In this document: piece by piece, positions 1-12,626 of the stretch
How the letters are laid out: each line of letters starts with the position of its first letter
How positions within the stretch are numbered: position 1 is the first letter of the stretch
Assembly (NCBI RefSeq): GCF_006345805.1
Contig: NC_043016.1
Location: forward strand, 18,042,001 to 18,106,000
Direction of reading: 5' to 3'
From: Octopus sinensis
Taxonomy: Eukaryota
DNA: 64,000 bases
The notes under the pieces: model-generated
Databases searched by the model: none
Told to the model about the DNA's origin: nothing
Seen by the model: only the letters and a program-made list of their open reading frames with translations
Position numbers and translations under genes: made by a program

Positions 1-165
1 ATTAAAAAACCTTAAACGCAACTTTACAAATGCTAATATCTTCTGTTTAATTATCAAAGACATTCCTATATTTGGTAAGATAAACACTTTAGTTGGCTGT
101 TATTCCTGTCCTTGTTGGCTTATGACAAAATCTTTGTTTTTATGTTGTTGTTTTATAATTTTTAG

Positions 166-233
166 GAAAAGGATGCCCAGCAAGCTGTTGAAAAACCAAT
201 GGTCAACACTCCTGTAATAGCTAGACCAAAGTG
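166..233 (+). CDS. ETAA1: ETAA1-like, internal exon (EKDAQQAVEKPMVNTPVIARPK), phase 0 to 2; upstream exons lie outside the window
   Basis: Polypyrimidine tract + AG at 164-165 and GT donor at 234. 68 nt; the trailing TG joins the G at 1730 to give Trp. NTPVIARPK loosely resembles human ETAA1 CTPSVAKGK. Confidence 0.65.
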
Positions 234-761
234 GTATGGCATTTTTGCTTTTTTTTTTTTTTAAATTTTTCTTGCTGTGTCTTAAGAAGCTTTTGCTTTC
301 CAAGAGCACATGGTTCCAGGTTCAGTCCTACTGTGTAACACCTTGAGCAAGTGTCTTCTACAGCTCCAAACCAGCCAGAACCATGTGAGTGGATTTAGTT
401 AATGGAAATTCGATAAGCCCATTGTGTGTGTGTGTATGTATGTGTGAGAGAGTATATATGTAATGTGTGTGCGTGTGTCTTTGTGTTTGTCCACCACTAC
501 CACTGGACAACCAGTGCTGGTTTGTTTACATCCCCATAACTTAGTAGTTCACCAGAAAGAGACCGATAGAAAACAAAAACAAAAGTGCTTAAGTCATTGG
601 TGCAGGAGTGGCTGCGTGGTAAGTAGCCTGCTTACCAACCACATGGTTCTGGGTTCAGTCCCACTGCGTGACACCTTGGGCAAGTGTCTTTTACTATAGT
701 CTCGGGTCAACCAAAGCGTTGTGAGTGGATTTGGTAGACGGTGACTGAAAGAAGCCTGTTG

Positions 762-796
<35 letters not shown>

Positions 797-1729
797 ATAT
801 ATGTGTGTCTGTGTTTACGTCCCCTGTAACTTAGCGGTTCAGCAAAAGAGACTGATAGAATAAGCACTAGGCTTACAAAGAATAAGTCCTATGGTCGATT
901 TGCTTGACTAAATGTGGTGCTCCAGCATGGCCACAGTCAAATGACTGAAACAAGTAAAAGAGAGAGAGCAAGTAAAGTTCTGGAGTCAGTGTGTTCTCAA
1001 ATGGGGTCTGTATAGGCCTTGCAGGTTCAAGCAAAGATTTGTTGTTAAAGTCTTTGTGCAGTAAATTGGTTATATTTCTGCAAAATGCAAAATATTTCAG
1101 CAATTTTCTTAATACAGTTCCTAATAATAATTAATTATAGAAATATAATAGGAGGTTTTTTTTCAAATATTAAAGAGGGTTCGTCGGAGAAAACTAGAAA
1201 TTAAAGGGGTCTGTAGATAAAAAATGGTTGGGGAACTCTGAGCCCTTTAGCAGGTGTCTTTTACCATAGCCTTGGGCCAACCAAACCCTTGTGAGTGGAT
1301 TTGGTAGATGAAAACTGAAAGAGGTCCGTCGTATGTGTGTGTGTGTGAGAGAGGAGGGTTTTTTCTCCAATGCTAAAGTTCCATTTGGAATAATGTGTAA
1401 AATAAACAGAAACGTTGATATAATAATATCGTATTTCTAGAGCAAACACAGGTTTGTTTACATTTATCGTATTAAAATTGCAGCTTTGCAGCATTCTGCT
1501 CAGTAGCTTTATAAATTCTAAAATTGTGGATTAATGTGTCAGTGGGCAGTTTAGCTTAATTGGTAAAGCACTTGACCGGTAATCATGGCTGGTTGTTGAC
1601 ATATTTTTTTCCGCTTTGTATGGATATTTTATCCAGCCTCTGCTGTTCTATCAGCACTTATGTGTTTGAAAATAAATAATCTTATTTGTATCTCTCAAAA
1701 TACTGATTATTTTTGTTATCTGTTTCTAG

Positions 1730-1809
1730 GAGAGTGAAAATGAAGAAAAAAGTTAGTTCCAGAATTGAAGACACTATTAAAACAATTGAAATGAAGATGA
1801 AGTCCGATA
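1730..1809 (+). CDS. ETAA1: ETAA1-like exon (W-RVKMKKKVSSRIEDTIKTIEMKMKSD), phase 2 to 1
   Basis: tttctag acceptor and gtaag donor at 1810; 80 nt, open and phase-compatible with both neighbours. Confidence 0.7.
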
Positions 1810-4800
1810 GTAAGTTATTTGATCTTACTATTAGCATCATTGTATTCTTGGTTGTTTGATTGTTGATACTTACTATATACGCATGTGTATAAGATGGGCT
1901 TCTTTTTATTCTTGAATGTAACAACTAATTGGTTTGTATCCTATGCAACCGTGTTACAGATGGTTCATGATGAAACATAAAATTGTTTTGTTATTTGGGA
2001 TTTGCCGTCATTAGCTGGGAAGATGATGAAAGAAAACCAGTGATTAGAGAAAATTAAAGGGAGAGATTGATTATTGCCAAGGGCCTGCATTATGAACTGT
2101 GATTTGTATGATGGAAGAAGAGAGTAATAAGAAAGATACAGGGTGCAAAGAGAGTGTATATAGTAAGGGAAAGAGGGATAACTTGTACTTAATTAAATCT
2201 TTGTTCTGAGTTCAAGCCATACCCTGGTCGATTTTTTTCCTTCATTTGTTTTGGGTTGGTAAATGGGTGATTTAGTGGGGGTCAATTTAATTGACTGCAT
2301 GCATGCTTTAGGGTTTTGTGCAAAAAAAAAAAAAATCATTGTTTTGTTGTTGCTCTTGTAATCAAAATCTGATTGAGCTAAGCTGTGATGCTAATTAGTT
2401 GCAGAACATTAACGATTGTAATCAGTTGTGCTTCTGAACCAACTGCAATCGGTATGGGAGGAATGTGATGAGGAAAGTTTATTACAGACAATTTCATTTC
2501 AGATAGGGTTGAAGTGTGATGGATGTCCTTGATGTAGGACAAAAGGTAATCGCACAATTGTTGGTGTCCTTTAGCTTAGTTTCTATAGCTGAGTGGCCCT
2601 TCTTGTTATTAATCACTTTACAGCGTAACTGAAAGAAGCATGTCGTTTGAAGACTTGCCTCAACAGGTCTTCCCTACATGTGAAGACCTGTTGAGGCAAG
2701 TGAAAATCGAAATCGATCAACATCAATGGAAATTGTAGCTGTGATACCAGTGCCGGTGGCACGTAAGAGAACCATCCGAACGTGGCCATTGCCAGCGCCG
2801 CCCCGACTGGCCTCCATGCTGGTGGCACGTAAAAAGCATCCACTACACTCACAGAGTGGTTGGTGTTAGGAATGGCATCCAGCTGTAGAAACACTGCCAG
2901 ATCAGACTGGGCCTGGCGCAACCTTCTGGCTTCCCAGACCCCAGTTGAACCGTCCAACCCATGCTAGCATGGTAAATGGACGTTAAACGATGATGAGGAT
3001 GATATGTGTGTGTATATATATTTGTGTAAGTCTGTGTTAATCCCCCATCACCATCACTTGGTAACCGATTCGGCAAAAGAGACCGATAGAATAAGTACTA
3101 GGCTTACAAAGAATAAGTCCTGGGGTCAATTTCTTTGAGTAAAACCCTTTAAGGCAGTGCTCCAGCATGGTCGCTGTCAAATGACTGATATAAGTAAAAG
3201 AATAAAATGTTCAAAGTTGGTTCCAAGTCAATCAGTGATTCGGTAGAACTGTTAGCATGCTGGATAATCTGTCTTTATGTTTTGTGTCCAAATTCTGTCA
3301 TGGTTGACTTCACCTTTCATCCTTTCTGGGATTGATAAAATAACTACCTATGAAGTACTAAGCAGGGGTGGAGGGGGGTCAATGTAATTGACTAGCTCCC
3401 CATCCCCTCAAAACCGATGACCCTGTGTCAGAATTTGAAATCATGTTATGAACCATCATTTAACCTCCATCATCATCATCATCGTTGTTTAACATGGAAA
3501 GCAGACATTAAACGACGATGATGATGATGATTTTCATGCTGGGATGGTTTGGACGGTTTGGCCAGGGCTGGGAAGCTGGAAGGTTGTACCAGACTCCAGT
3601 CTGATTTGGCATGGCTTTCTACAGCTGGATGTCTCCGATCACTGAGGGTGTGATGGGTGCTGTTATGTGCCATTTGCGTCGCAATTTTGCTCTTATTGAT
3701 GGGTCATCTTCTCAAGTACGACATGATGCCAAAGAACTTGGTCATTACTTCGGAGACGCCCAACACTCGAAGGAAACTCAGCCACTTTGCCTCTGAGAGG
3801 CAGAATGCTCAGTAGAATTAAATCCGGCAATAATTTACGTTTTCATCTCTGTACTTATGTGATCATTCAGCATGCTAGAAATAACAGTGAAATCTGTCAA
3901 ATCGCACCCTTTACTACCTTAAAAACAAAAAATAGTGGAAGGGGACATTATGCTAGTGTAGTCTGTGATATTACCATGTATATCAAAATTTAAAGAGAGA
4001 AGTGCAATATTTTAGAATGAAATTGGGTGACGGTGCTCCAGATATTTTGTTCACATATTTTAATTTTATCTTACAATTTTTTTTTTAACCAAACTGAACC
4101 ACACAATTAAGTTGATTATAAATGTAGTCTATTATGAATAATATTTGCATTGTAGGTGAATTTAAATTAAAAACTACAGCTTGGATTTCAGTATTTTTCT
4201 TTTCCTGCAGGGTTAAAAAAAAAAACAGGACATTAAGAAAAATTGCTATATTTCATTTAAATACCATAAATAGTATAGCAACTTAAAAAATATTTTAAGT
4301 AACTTTATATATAAGCAATGGATAATTTTACGTATATCTCTTATTTTTTTACTTGTTTCAGTCATTGAGTGGTGGCCATGCTGAGGCACCACAGTAGAGG
4401 GTTTTGGTTAAGCAAATTTAAAGTTTACTACTTATATTGATTCTTTTTGCTGAACTGCTAAGTTACAGATAGGTCAAGACATCAGTGTGGGTTGCCAAGT
4501 GGTTGTGGAGAGTACACACACACACATACATGACAGGGGCTTCTTTCAGTTTCCATCTACTGAATTCACTCACAAGGCTCCACAGTTAATTTAATATTTT
4601 AAATAAAACTATGAAACAAAAGCCTATTTTAGGCCTGTCATTCATTAATATTCCTTGTGTCAATTTAGTATTTTCTTTTTTTTTTTTGTCTTTCTCCTGG
4701 TTTCTGTAAGAGTTCCTTCCTTACTGATGTTTTAACGAGTGCTTCTCTTTGTAGAATTTATAATTTCTATAGCAACTACAAAAATGCTTATCAAGTAATT

Positions 4801-7800
4801 AAATAGCTATTATTATTATTATTATTATTATTTATCATTATTATTTATTATTATTATTTATCATTATTATTATTATTTATTTGCTGTTGTCAATTTGAAT
4901 CCAGGTAAAAAAAAGTCACAGGGGTTTTTGTCTGGTGAGATTTTGTCCAAAGGGGGTTTTGTCCCCATCCTGTTAATGCGAACTTTTTTTTCCTAGCTCA
5001 AATTATGACTTTATTACTGTGACTTTATTACAGGTCACCATTAATTTCATGGCTATTGCAAAATTTTGGACCATTTCTTTAGGTTTTGAAACGAAAGCTG
5101 AAATAAAATATTTGTTTTCTCTTGGTGTATGGAATTAATGATGGAGGCGGTTATTTTCACAGCCGATGTTATCTCGCAACATTTTAAAAACAGCATTAGC
5201 AGTATTAAGGTTACCAAGTCTCTATATAGTCATTCCATTTACTTACACATAGCAAGTGGCCAAGTGTTTCCTAAATCACAGCCTGTACCATCTTAAATTA
5301 AGAATATGTTGAACAATGTAGTTCGTGACCCACCACCCACTAAAAAAAAAAAAAAAAAAAAAAAAAAACAACTGATTGTTGTGGTTGGAATGTCTGGACC
5401 AAAGCAGAGTGATCACTGATGCAATGCCCATAATCGATCAGAGCAAAGAGAGAAAATAAAGCATGAACATTAATTGTTCTGAAAAATAGGTTATCGTAAC
5501 CTATTTATTTATTTTGTCTACTTGCAAATAACAAAGTTGTTTAGCTACAATACATAAGCAGACTTTTCCACCGAGGATGTTCCAAGCGTGACCATTCCGT
5601 TTTCGTGTATATCATGGGGCAGTGATTTTAATATGTCCTTCCATTTTTAGAGAAGATTTACGAGAGATCTGGGTGTTATTTCTACCAAGTTTTGCAACCA
5701 CATACGAGTTTCAAATTAAATTATACGCTATAGTTAAGTTTTATTTATGTTTATATATATATACTCTTTTACTTGTTTCAGTCATTTGACTGCAGCCATG
5801 CTGGAGCACTGCCTTTAATCGAGCAACTCGACCCCGGGACTTATTCTTTTGTAAGCCCAGTACTTATTCTATTGGTCTCTTTTGCCGAACCGCTAAGTAA
5901 CGGGGACATAAACACACCAGCATCGGTTGACAAGCAATGCTAGAAACACAAACACGCATATATATATATACATATATACGACGGGCTTCTTTCAGTTTCC
6001 GTCTACCAAATCCACTCACAAGGCTTTGGTCGGCCTGAGGCTATAGTAGAAGACGCTTGCCCAAGGTGCCACGCAGTGGGACTGAACTCGGAACCATGTG
6101 GTTGGTAGACAAGCTACTTGCCACACAGCCACTCCTGCACCTATATATATATATATATATATTACTCTTTTACTTGTTTCAGTCATGTGACTGTGGCCAT
6201 GCTGGAGTACCGCCTTTAGTTGAGCAAATCGACACCAGGACTTATTCTTTGTAAGCCTAGTACTTATTCTATCGATCTCTTTTGCTGAACTGCTAAGTTA
6301 TGGGGATGTAAACACACCAGCATCAGTTGTCAAGCGATGGGGGAGAGAGACATAGACACAAAAATTTATATACGCACCACACACACACACCACACACACA
6401 CACACATATATATATATATAACACACACACATACATACATACACACGACGGGCTTCTTTCAGTATCTGTCTACCAAATCCACATTTATATATATATATAA
6501 TGTACATTTTTTTTTTCACTTTCTTGAGTGAAATTGTTTTATCTTAGTTTTGCTTTGTTTAGTTTGTATTTTTGTAAAACATTTGTAATCTCTATCAATT
6601 TGTCGAGGTAATTTGGGATCTTAATTTACATTTTAAAAAATTCATTTTAGTTTCCTTTTGCTTGTTTCAGTCATTAGACTACAGCCATGCTGGAGCGCTG
6701 CCTTGAAGGTTTTAGTTGAATAAATTAGCTCTGGTACACATTTTTTTCTAAGTCTGATATTTATTATATTCCTCTAAGTTATGGAGCTGTAAAAAAACCA
6801 ACACTCATTGCCAAGGTATGGGTGAGGAAACACAGAACATCATCATCGTCGTTTAACGTCCGTTCTCCATGCTAGCATGGGTTGGACGGTTCGACCGGGG
6901 TTCTGGGAAGCCAGAAGGCTGCACCAGGCTCCAGTCTAATTTGGCAATGTTTCTACAGCTGGATGCCCTTCCTAACGCAGGGGATGCCCTTCCTAACAAC
7001 ATACATATATATTGGTCGTCTGCTAGCCTTGTCTGGCACCTGTGTCGGTGGCACATAAAAACACCATCCGAGCGTGGCCGTTCACCAGCCTCGTCTGGCA
7101 CCTGTGTCGGTGGCACATAAAATCACCCACTACACTCTCGGAGTGGTTGGCGTTAGGAAGGGCATCCAGCTGTAGAAACACTGCCAGATCTGACTGGCCT
7201 GCTGCAGCCTTCGGGCTCCCCAGACCCCAGTTGAACCGTCCAACACATGCTAGCATGGAAAGCGGACGTTAAATGATGATGATGATGATGATGATATATA
7301 TTCTTTTACTCTTTTCAGTCATTTGACTGCAGCCATGCTGGAGCACCGCCTTCAATCAAGCAAATTTACCTAGGATTTATTCTTTGTAAGCCTAGTACTT
7401 ATTCTTTCAGTCTCTGTTGCCGAAACCGCTAAGTTACGGGGACGTAAACACACCAGCATCTGTTGTCAAGCGATGTTGGGGGGTCTAACAGAGACATACA
7501 TACATATATATATATACACATATATACGATGGGCTTCCTTCAGTTTCCGTCTACCAAATCCACTCACAATGCTTTGGTTGGCCTGAGGCTATAGTAGAAG
7601 ACACTTGCCCAAGGTGTCACGCAGTGGGACTGAACCCAGAACCACGTGGTCGGTATGCAAGCTTCTTACCACACAGCCACTCCTGTATGTATGTGTGTAT
7701 TTATGTATGTATCTTCATTTAACATTCACTTCCATGTTGGCACACACATATGCTTTTATTCTTTTACGTGTTTCACTCATAAGACTACAGCCATTACCTT

Positions 7801-8266
7801 GAAGAAGTGTAGTCAAATAAAGGGACTCCAGAACTTAAGAAATTTTCCTTAATCTTGGTATTTATTCTATTGCTAAGTTACGGGGATATAAACAAACCAA
7901 CACCTGTTGTCAAGAAGTGGTGCGGGGGCAGACACAGATACATACACATACATACACGATGGGCTTCTTTTAGTTTCTATCAACCAGATCCACTCACAAG
8001 GTTTTGGTCAAGCTGAGGCTATTGCCCAAGGTGCCACACAGTGGGATTGGACCCAGAACCATGTGGTTGGTAAGCAAGCTTCTTACCACACAGCCACTCC
8101 TATATATTTATACCACAGGGTTCTTTTAGTTGCTGTATATCAAATCAACCTACAAGGCTCTGGTTTAGCCTGGGGCTAAACAGTTGCCATATGCAGTGGG
8201 ACTGAATCCAGAGCCATGTTGTTGAACATTAAACTTCTTACCACACAGCCATGCATATATATATAG

Positions 8267-8356
8267 TGAGAATTTACGGAAAAAACAAATGACGAAGACA
8301 GGTTTGTAAACAACAAACAGATTTATTAGTTTAATGCTCACGAAGTAAGGAAGTCT

Positions 8357-8394
<38 letters not shown>

Positions 8395-8766
8395 CCACAC
8401 ACACAACACCACATCACATCAACCACCACACACACACTAGCACTGACTACTTCCCAGCCCTACATGCACACGTCAAGGTTACCAGCCCTCTTCCACATGC
8501 ACATATATACTCTCTTATACACACGCACGTACACCTTTGTTTTGGGATCACCGCTACTTTATTGTCTCCCCTTTTTCCTAGCTCTCCTGTGTGACCCCTC
8601 TGTCCGGCATTCACCATGATAGATTGCAAGCCACTACACATTCTTTATTTTCTCTCCTTGTTGCTTTCTGTGTTCCTTTCTGTGGAAGAGCGTAGGCTCG
8701 AAACGTTAAAAACTTTTCCACTTCCTGAGCGTTAAACTAATACATCTGTTTGTTGTTTACACCACC
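8267..8766 (+). mobile_element. Penelope-like terminal fragment with inverted 3' end (family P1)
   Basis: 8267-8345 is an inverted copy of the element end seen at 8720-8766 and 16590-16670; hammerhead-like motif at 8677-8710. Related pieces at 16480-16680, 17300-17420 (+) and 19825-20010 (-). Confidence 0.55.
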
Positions 8767-9519
8767 AGGTCCTATTAAAACTGTCTGTAGCAGAAATATT
8801 CAGCAGTCAATCACTATATCCAGTCCTGTGACTAAAATATCTGCATGATCAGGAAATTCTGACCAATCACCACCTCACCTAGAACTGGGTCCAACAGCAA
8901 TTCCATCTTTTCGTGCCTTTCTTATGAGCCTATCCAGCACACCATAGCTTCTTGACAGAGAGCATTGACAAATACTATAAGAGTCGGCCAACATAGATGG
9001 CAGATAACAGCTGACCCATGCTAACAACAAAGTTAGTAGCATGGCAAGCAGCAAACCACATTTTGACTGAGCATTCTTGTTCTTGATGTAATAATTGTAG
9101 CAGCAAACACTTTCAGTGCTATTTTTTTTTGTTTGTCAAGAATCTCAACAGATTTAGTTTTCTCTTTTATACATGTCCAACCCATTCCAGCATGATAAAA
9201 GAACATTAAATGCTGGTAATTTTATATGTATATTGTGTGGTAAGAAGTTTGCTTCCCAACCATATGGTTCTGGGCTCAGTCCCATTGTATGGCACATTGG
9301 GCAAGTGTTTGGGCTGACCAAAGCCTTGTGAGTGGATTTGGTAGACAGAAACTGAAAGAAGCCTGTTGTGTGTGTGTGTATTTATGTGTGTCTTTGTGTC
9401 TGTTGTCACTTGACAACCAATGTTGGTGAGTTTGCCTCCCTGTAACTTAGTTGTTCAGCAAAGGGAATGATAGAATAAGTACCCGACTTACAAAGAACGA
9501 AATACTTCAAGTCTTTGGT

Positions 9520-10110
9520 GCGCACAGTGCAGAACATTGGCAATATTTTCTTATCTGCGTACCCTCTGGCTAGCTAAACCTGTCTCCTAGCTTCCCTTCT
9601 GGCAGTCTGATACAATTCCCTGCTACCTCCATTCTTCCAGTCCTTCCAAGCCTGTTTCTTTTGTCTTATAGCCCTGTCAACCACATTCTTTCACCACCAC
9701 GTTACCTTGGTTCGAGAGGGGACTTTGCACCATCCACAGATCTGGTCAGTGGCTCTCAGCAGGTTATCCCATAGAAACCTCCAGTTGTCTTCCATATTAT
9801 GTGATGCTCTATCCCCTTCTATTTCATCAAAGGCTTCAAGTAGTACGTCCCTAAATCTCTGCCCATTTGCAGGATCTTTTAGTTTCCGGACACTTCTCCT
9901 CCAGGCTGGTCTTCTGGGCATCCATTCAGCCCTGATCCTGAAGTCGCTAACTACTAATCTATGTTGAGGGGTACATTCTTCGCCTGGGAAGGTTCTGGCA
10001 TTTATAAGCAGCCCTCTTTCCCTTTTTCTGGCGAGGATATAGTCAATTTGGCTAGTGTGTCTGCCAGAACGATAGGTCACTATGTGACGGGCAGGTTTCC
10101 TGAAGTTGGT
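9520..10110 (-). mobile_element. RTE-clade LINE fragment: C-terminal APE endonuclease and linker
   Basis: ORF 9691..10122: TYRSGRHTSQIDYIL...PGEECTPQHRLVVSDF...KVTWW, typical RTE endonuclease end; continues degenerate to about 9520. Confidence 0.85.
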
Positions 10111-10118
10111 ATTGCAAA

Positions 10119-10157
<39 letters not shown>

Positions 10158-10158
<1 letters not shown>

Positions 10159-10475
10159 GAGGGGCGTTCAATAAGTAATGCCCCTGACCCACTTCCCATA
10201 ACAGTAGAGCAACGGAACGTGGCACAGTTATTAGTCTTTTTCTACATAGGAACCACCCAGAGTTACACATTTCTCCCATCGTTTGATGCAGCTCTGTAGA
10301 CAATTTTTGTAGAAGACCCCAGCTTGGTCCTCCAAGGTGTGAGCAACCTGGGAATCCATCTGGCAGACACCTTTTGCATATGCAAATGGTCATGAATGAT
10401 AGTTTCCACAGACCCGGTACTAATCTTGACCTCATGGGCTATTTGGCGAATAGTTATGCGTCGATCTTCCACTAA
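10158..10475 (-). mobile_element. Mariner relic (one TIR plus internally deleted transposase)
   Basis: TA + CGAGGGGCGTTCAATAAGTAATG terminus; EDRRITIRQIAHEVKISTGSVETIIHDHLHMQKVSARWIPRLLT is a mariner HTH/WVPxxL region. Confidence 0.85.
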
Positions 10476-10604
10476 ACTGTAATTGCCATATTTGTTTAAA
10501 ACCCTCTTACACAACTGGTTTCAATTAATTGTTGTATTAAAATGTATATTTACAAAAATCTCTTTAAAACTAAACGCTTTTTCTCATTTTCATTTTTGTT
10601 TCAG

Positions 10605-10638
10605 AAGACCTAGCCTGTTGTGGAATGCCTTCACAAAG
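10605..10638 (+). CDS. ETAA1: ETAA1-like micro-exon (K-DLACCGMPSQ), phase 1 to 2
   Basis: catttttgtttcag acceptor and AAG/gtattt donor. 34 nt supplies exactly the phase shift needed between exons 1730-1809 and 14544-15373. Confidence 0.55.
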
Positions 10639-10641
10639 GTA

Positions 10642-12237
10642 TTTTTTTATAATGTGTGTCTCTCTCTTCTCTCTCTCTCTTATCTGTCTGTCTGTGTGTT
10701 TCCCTAAAACTTGAGAACTACACAACCAATTTCATTCAAATTTTACACATGCCTTACTTAGGGTCCATGTAGTTTCATGGGCAAAAAAAAATGTTCAACT
10801 TCTTGCCTAGAGCGAGCCCATAGCAATATCATATCTTCACTATTTCAGTATTACGTGTTAAAAGTGAAACAAAAACGTTTCTCTATTTTATGTCAGATAC
10901 TTTCACTTTAACAATAAAAATAATAATAACAATTGAATTATATGTAGTAAGTAATAATTAAAATCAAACTAAAGTATAATATAATCGTAACAACAAAAGT
11001 AAAAATAGCAATTGGTATAAAATTGCATCAATGACTTGAACTTGAATAAGTGGTTTCACATGAATGGGAATAAATTAAAAATAAAATTAGCATGCAGAAA
11101 TGGAATAGTCCAGATGGAGGTGTGCACATACCTTTTACCACGGCTTTTACATTAGATTATCTGCTAATTAGCTAGCATTAAGTATCTATATGAAGTTTGG
11201 CTGTGGTAATGTCTGTTTTCTCGAACAGCCGCTTCTACTGAGTACTGCTGCTGGTTTATTTCTGATCCATAAAGGACTATAGCTTCAACTGCGTACTGCT
11301 TTTTGATTCACCGTAAGGTTTGTTGTTATTATTATTTCTGTTTAACTATTGTTATCACGTTTGTTGGTTCCTCATAAGGGAAACGTTGTTGTTGCATTTG
11401 TTAAATAATTGTAAACTGTAACCCTCCTCCTTTGGGAGAAGGAGCTTTGGTTATTGTTTAAAAATTGAATTGTGTCCCTGTTTGGGGAAATTGACAATAT
11501 TTTCACTGTTTACACGGAAGCATTTTTGTTAGAATGCCTTTGATAGAAAAAAGTCCAAAAATGAATTTCACTGCAGCCGTCGGCGGGCGTGAACTCATTA
11601 AAATTTAAATGGAAGAACTACAAACCTATTTCAGATTGATCACCGACAAAGACGGTGAATCTAGGATAACACCACCAAACGAAATAAAAAATTAAATTAA
11701 AGAAAAGACTATTGTCTATAAAGTATACAATGTAGAGAAAAAAAAAAGATTTGAACACCTGGAGGAAAGCACCATTGAAAAGTGTCTTGGTGCGACTATG
11801 AAAGATATCTAACCAGAGGCGGTATATTCGCTACAATAGAAGCAAGGTTCGAGTCAACGGAGCGTGCAAGGGAGTACTCGACTCGAACCTTGCAAAGTGG
11901 AAATATTTTACTTTTACCTTTATATCTGGGACATAGGACGTCCTGGATAAAAATTTAAAATGTCCCCCCAGAAGTAGAGGTAGGCTGGATTGTAGCCACA
12001 CTTCTATACAAGAGGGAGGACAAGATACAATTGATCGAAATTGCAAGAGACAGGCCTACAATTCCAGTCTGTTATATATTTTGAGTATTGTTATCACTAG
12101 CGATATCAAGATATAACTTTGTATTTTATGTGTAGATGTATATATATATAGATGTACCTGTAATATGTACACATATATATACTCATATATACATGCACTA
12201 GCACTATGACCCGGCAACGACGGGTCATAATGCTAGT
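10642..12237 (+). mobile_element. Probable Helitron/Helentron-like element with internal LINE-ORF1-like cargo
   Basis: 5' part has a (CT)n/(CTGT)n tract and AAAACTTGAGAACTACACAACCAATTTCATTCAAATTTTACACATG; 3' hairpin GACCCG..CGGGTC followed by CTAG/T. The 5' boundary is uncertain. Confidence 0.4.
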
Positions 12238-12588
12238 ATATATATATAAAGAGAGGAAGATAGAAACGGCTGCTTCCTTACATGTTGAAAAATAGATGCC
12301 TCAATGAAACATCTACAATTCACCCTGATACGGAAAGAGCTGTAAGCTGGCAAGACGAACAGAATGATTTTTTAAAAAACTCCTGTGAGTTAATAGTGGA
12401 CTATAGTTTCGGGCTAAACTTACAAATTAAATAAAGTAATTTTAGAAAATTAACTTAATTTAAATTTGTCAAGTATGGTCCTCTTCAGCACTATCTCTCC
12501 ATATTTACAAAAAATATGAATTTTAAAAAAAATATTACCTTATTCATCCACATCCATTTGAATTTTAAGGTATAAAATTATATACACT

Positions 12589-12626
<38 letters not shown>

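Noticed and set aside
5484-5506. 10-bp palindrome AAATAGGTTA-TCG-TAACCTATTT
   Set aside because: Short and AT-rich; expected by chance in 64 kb.
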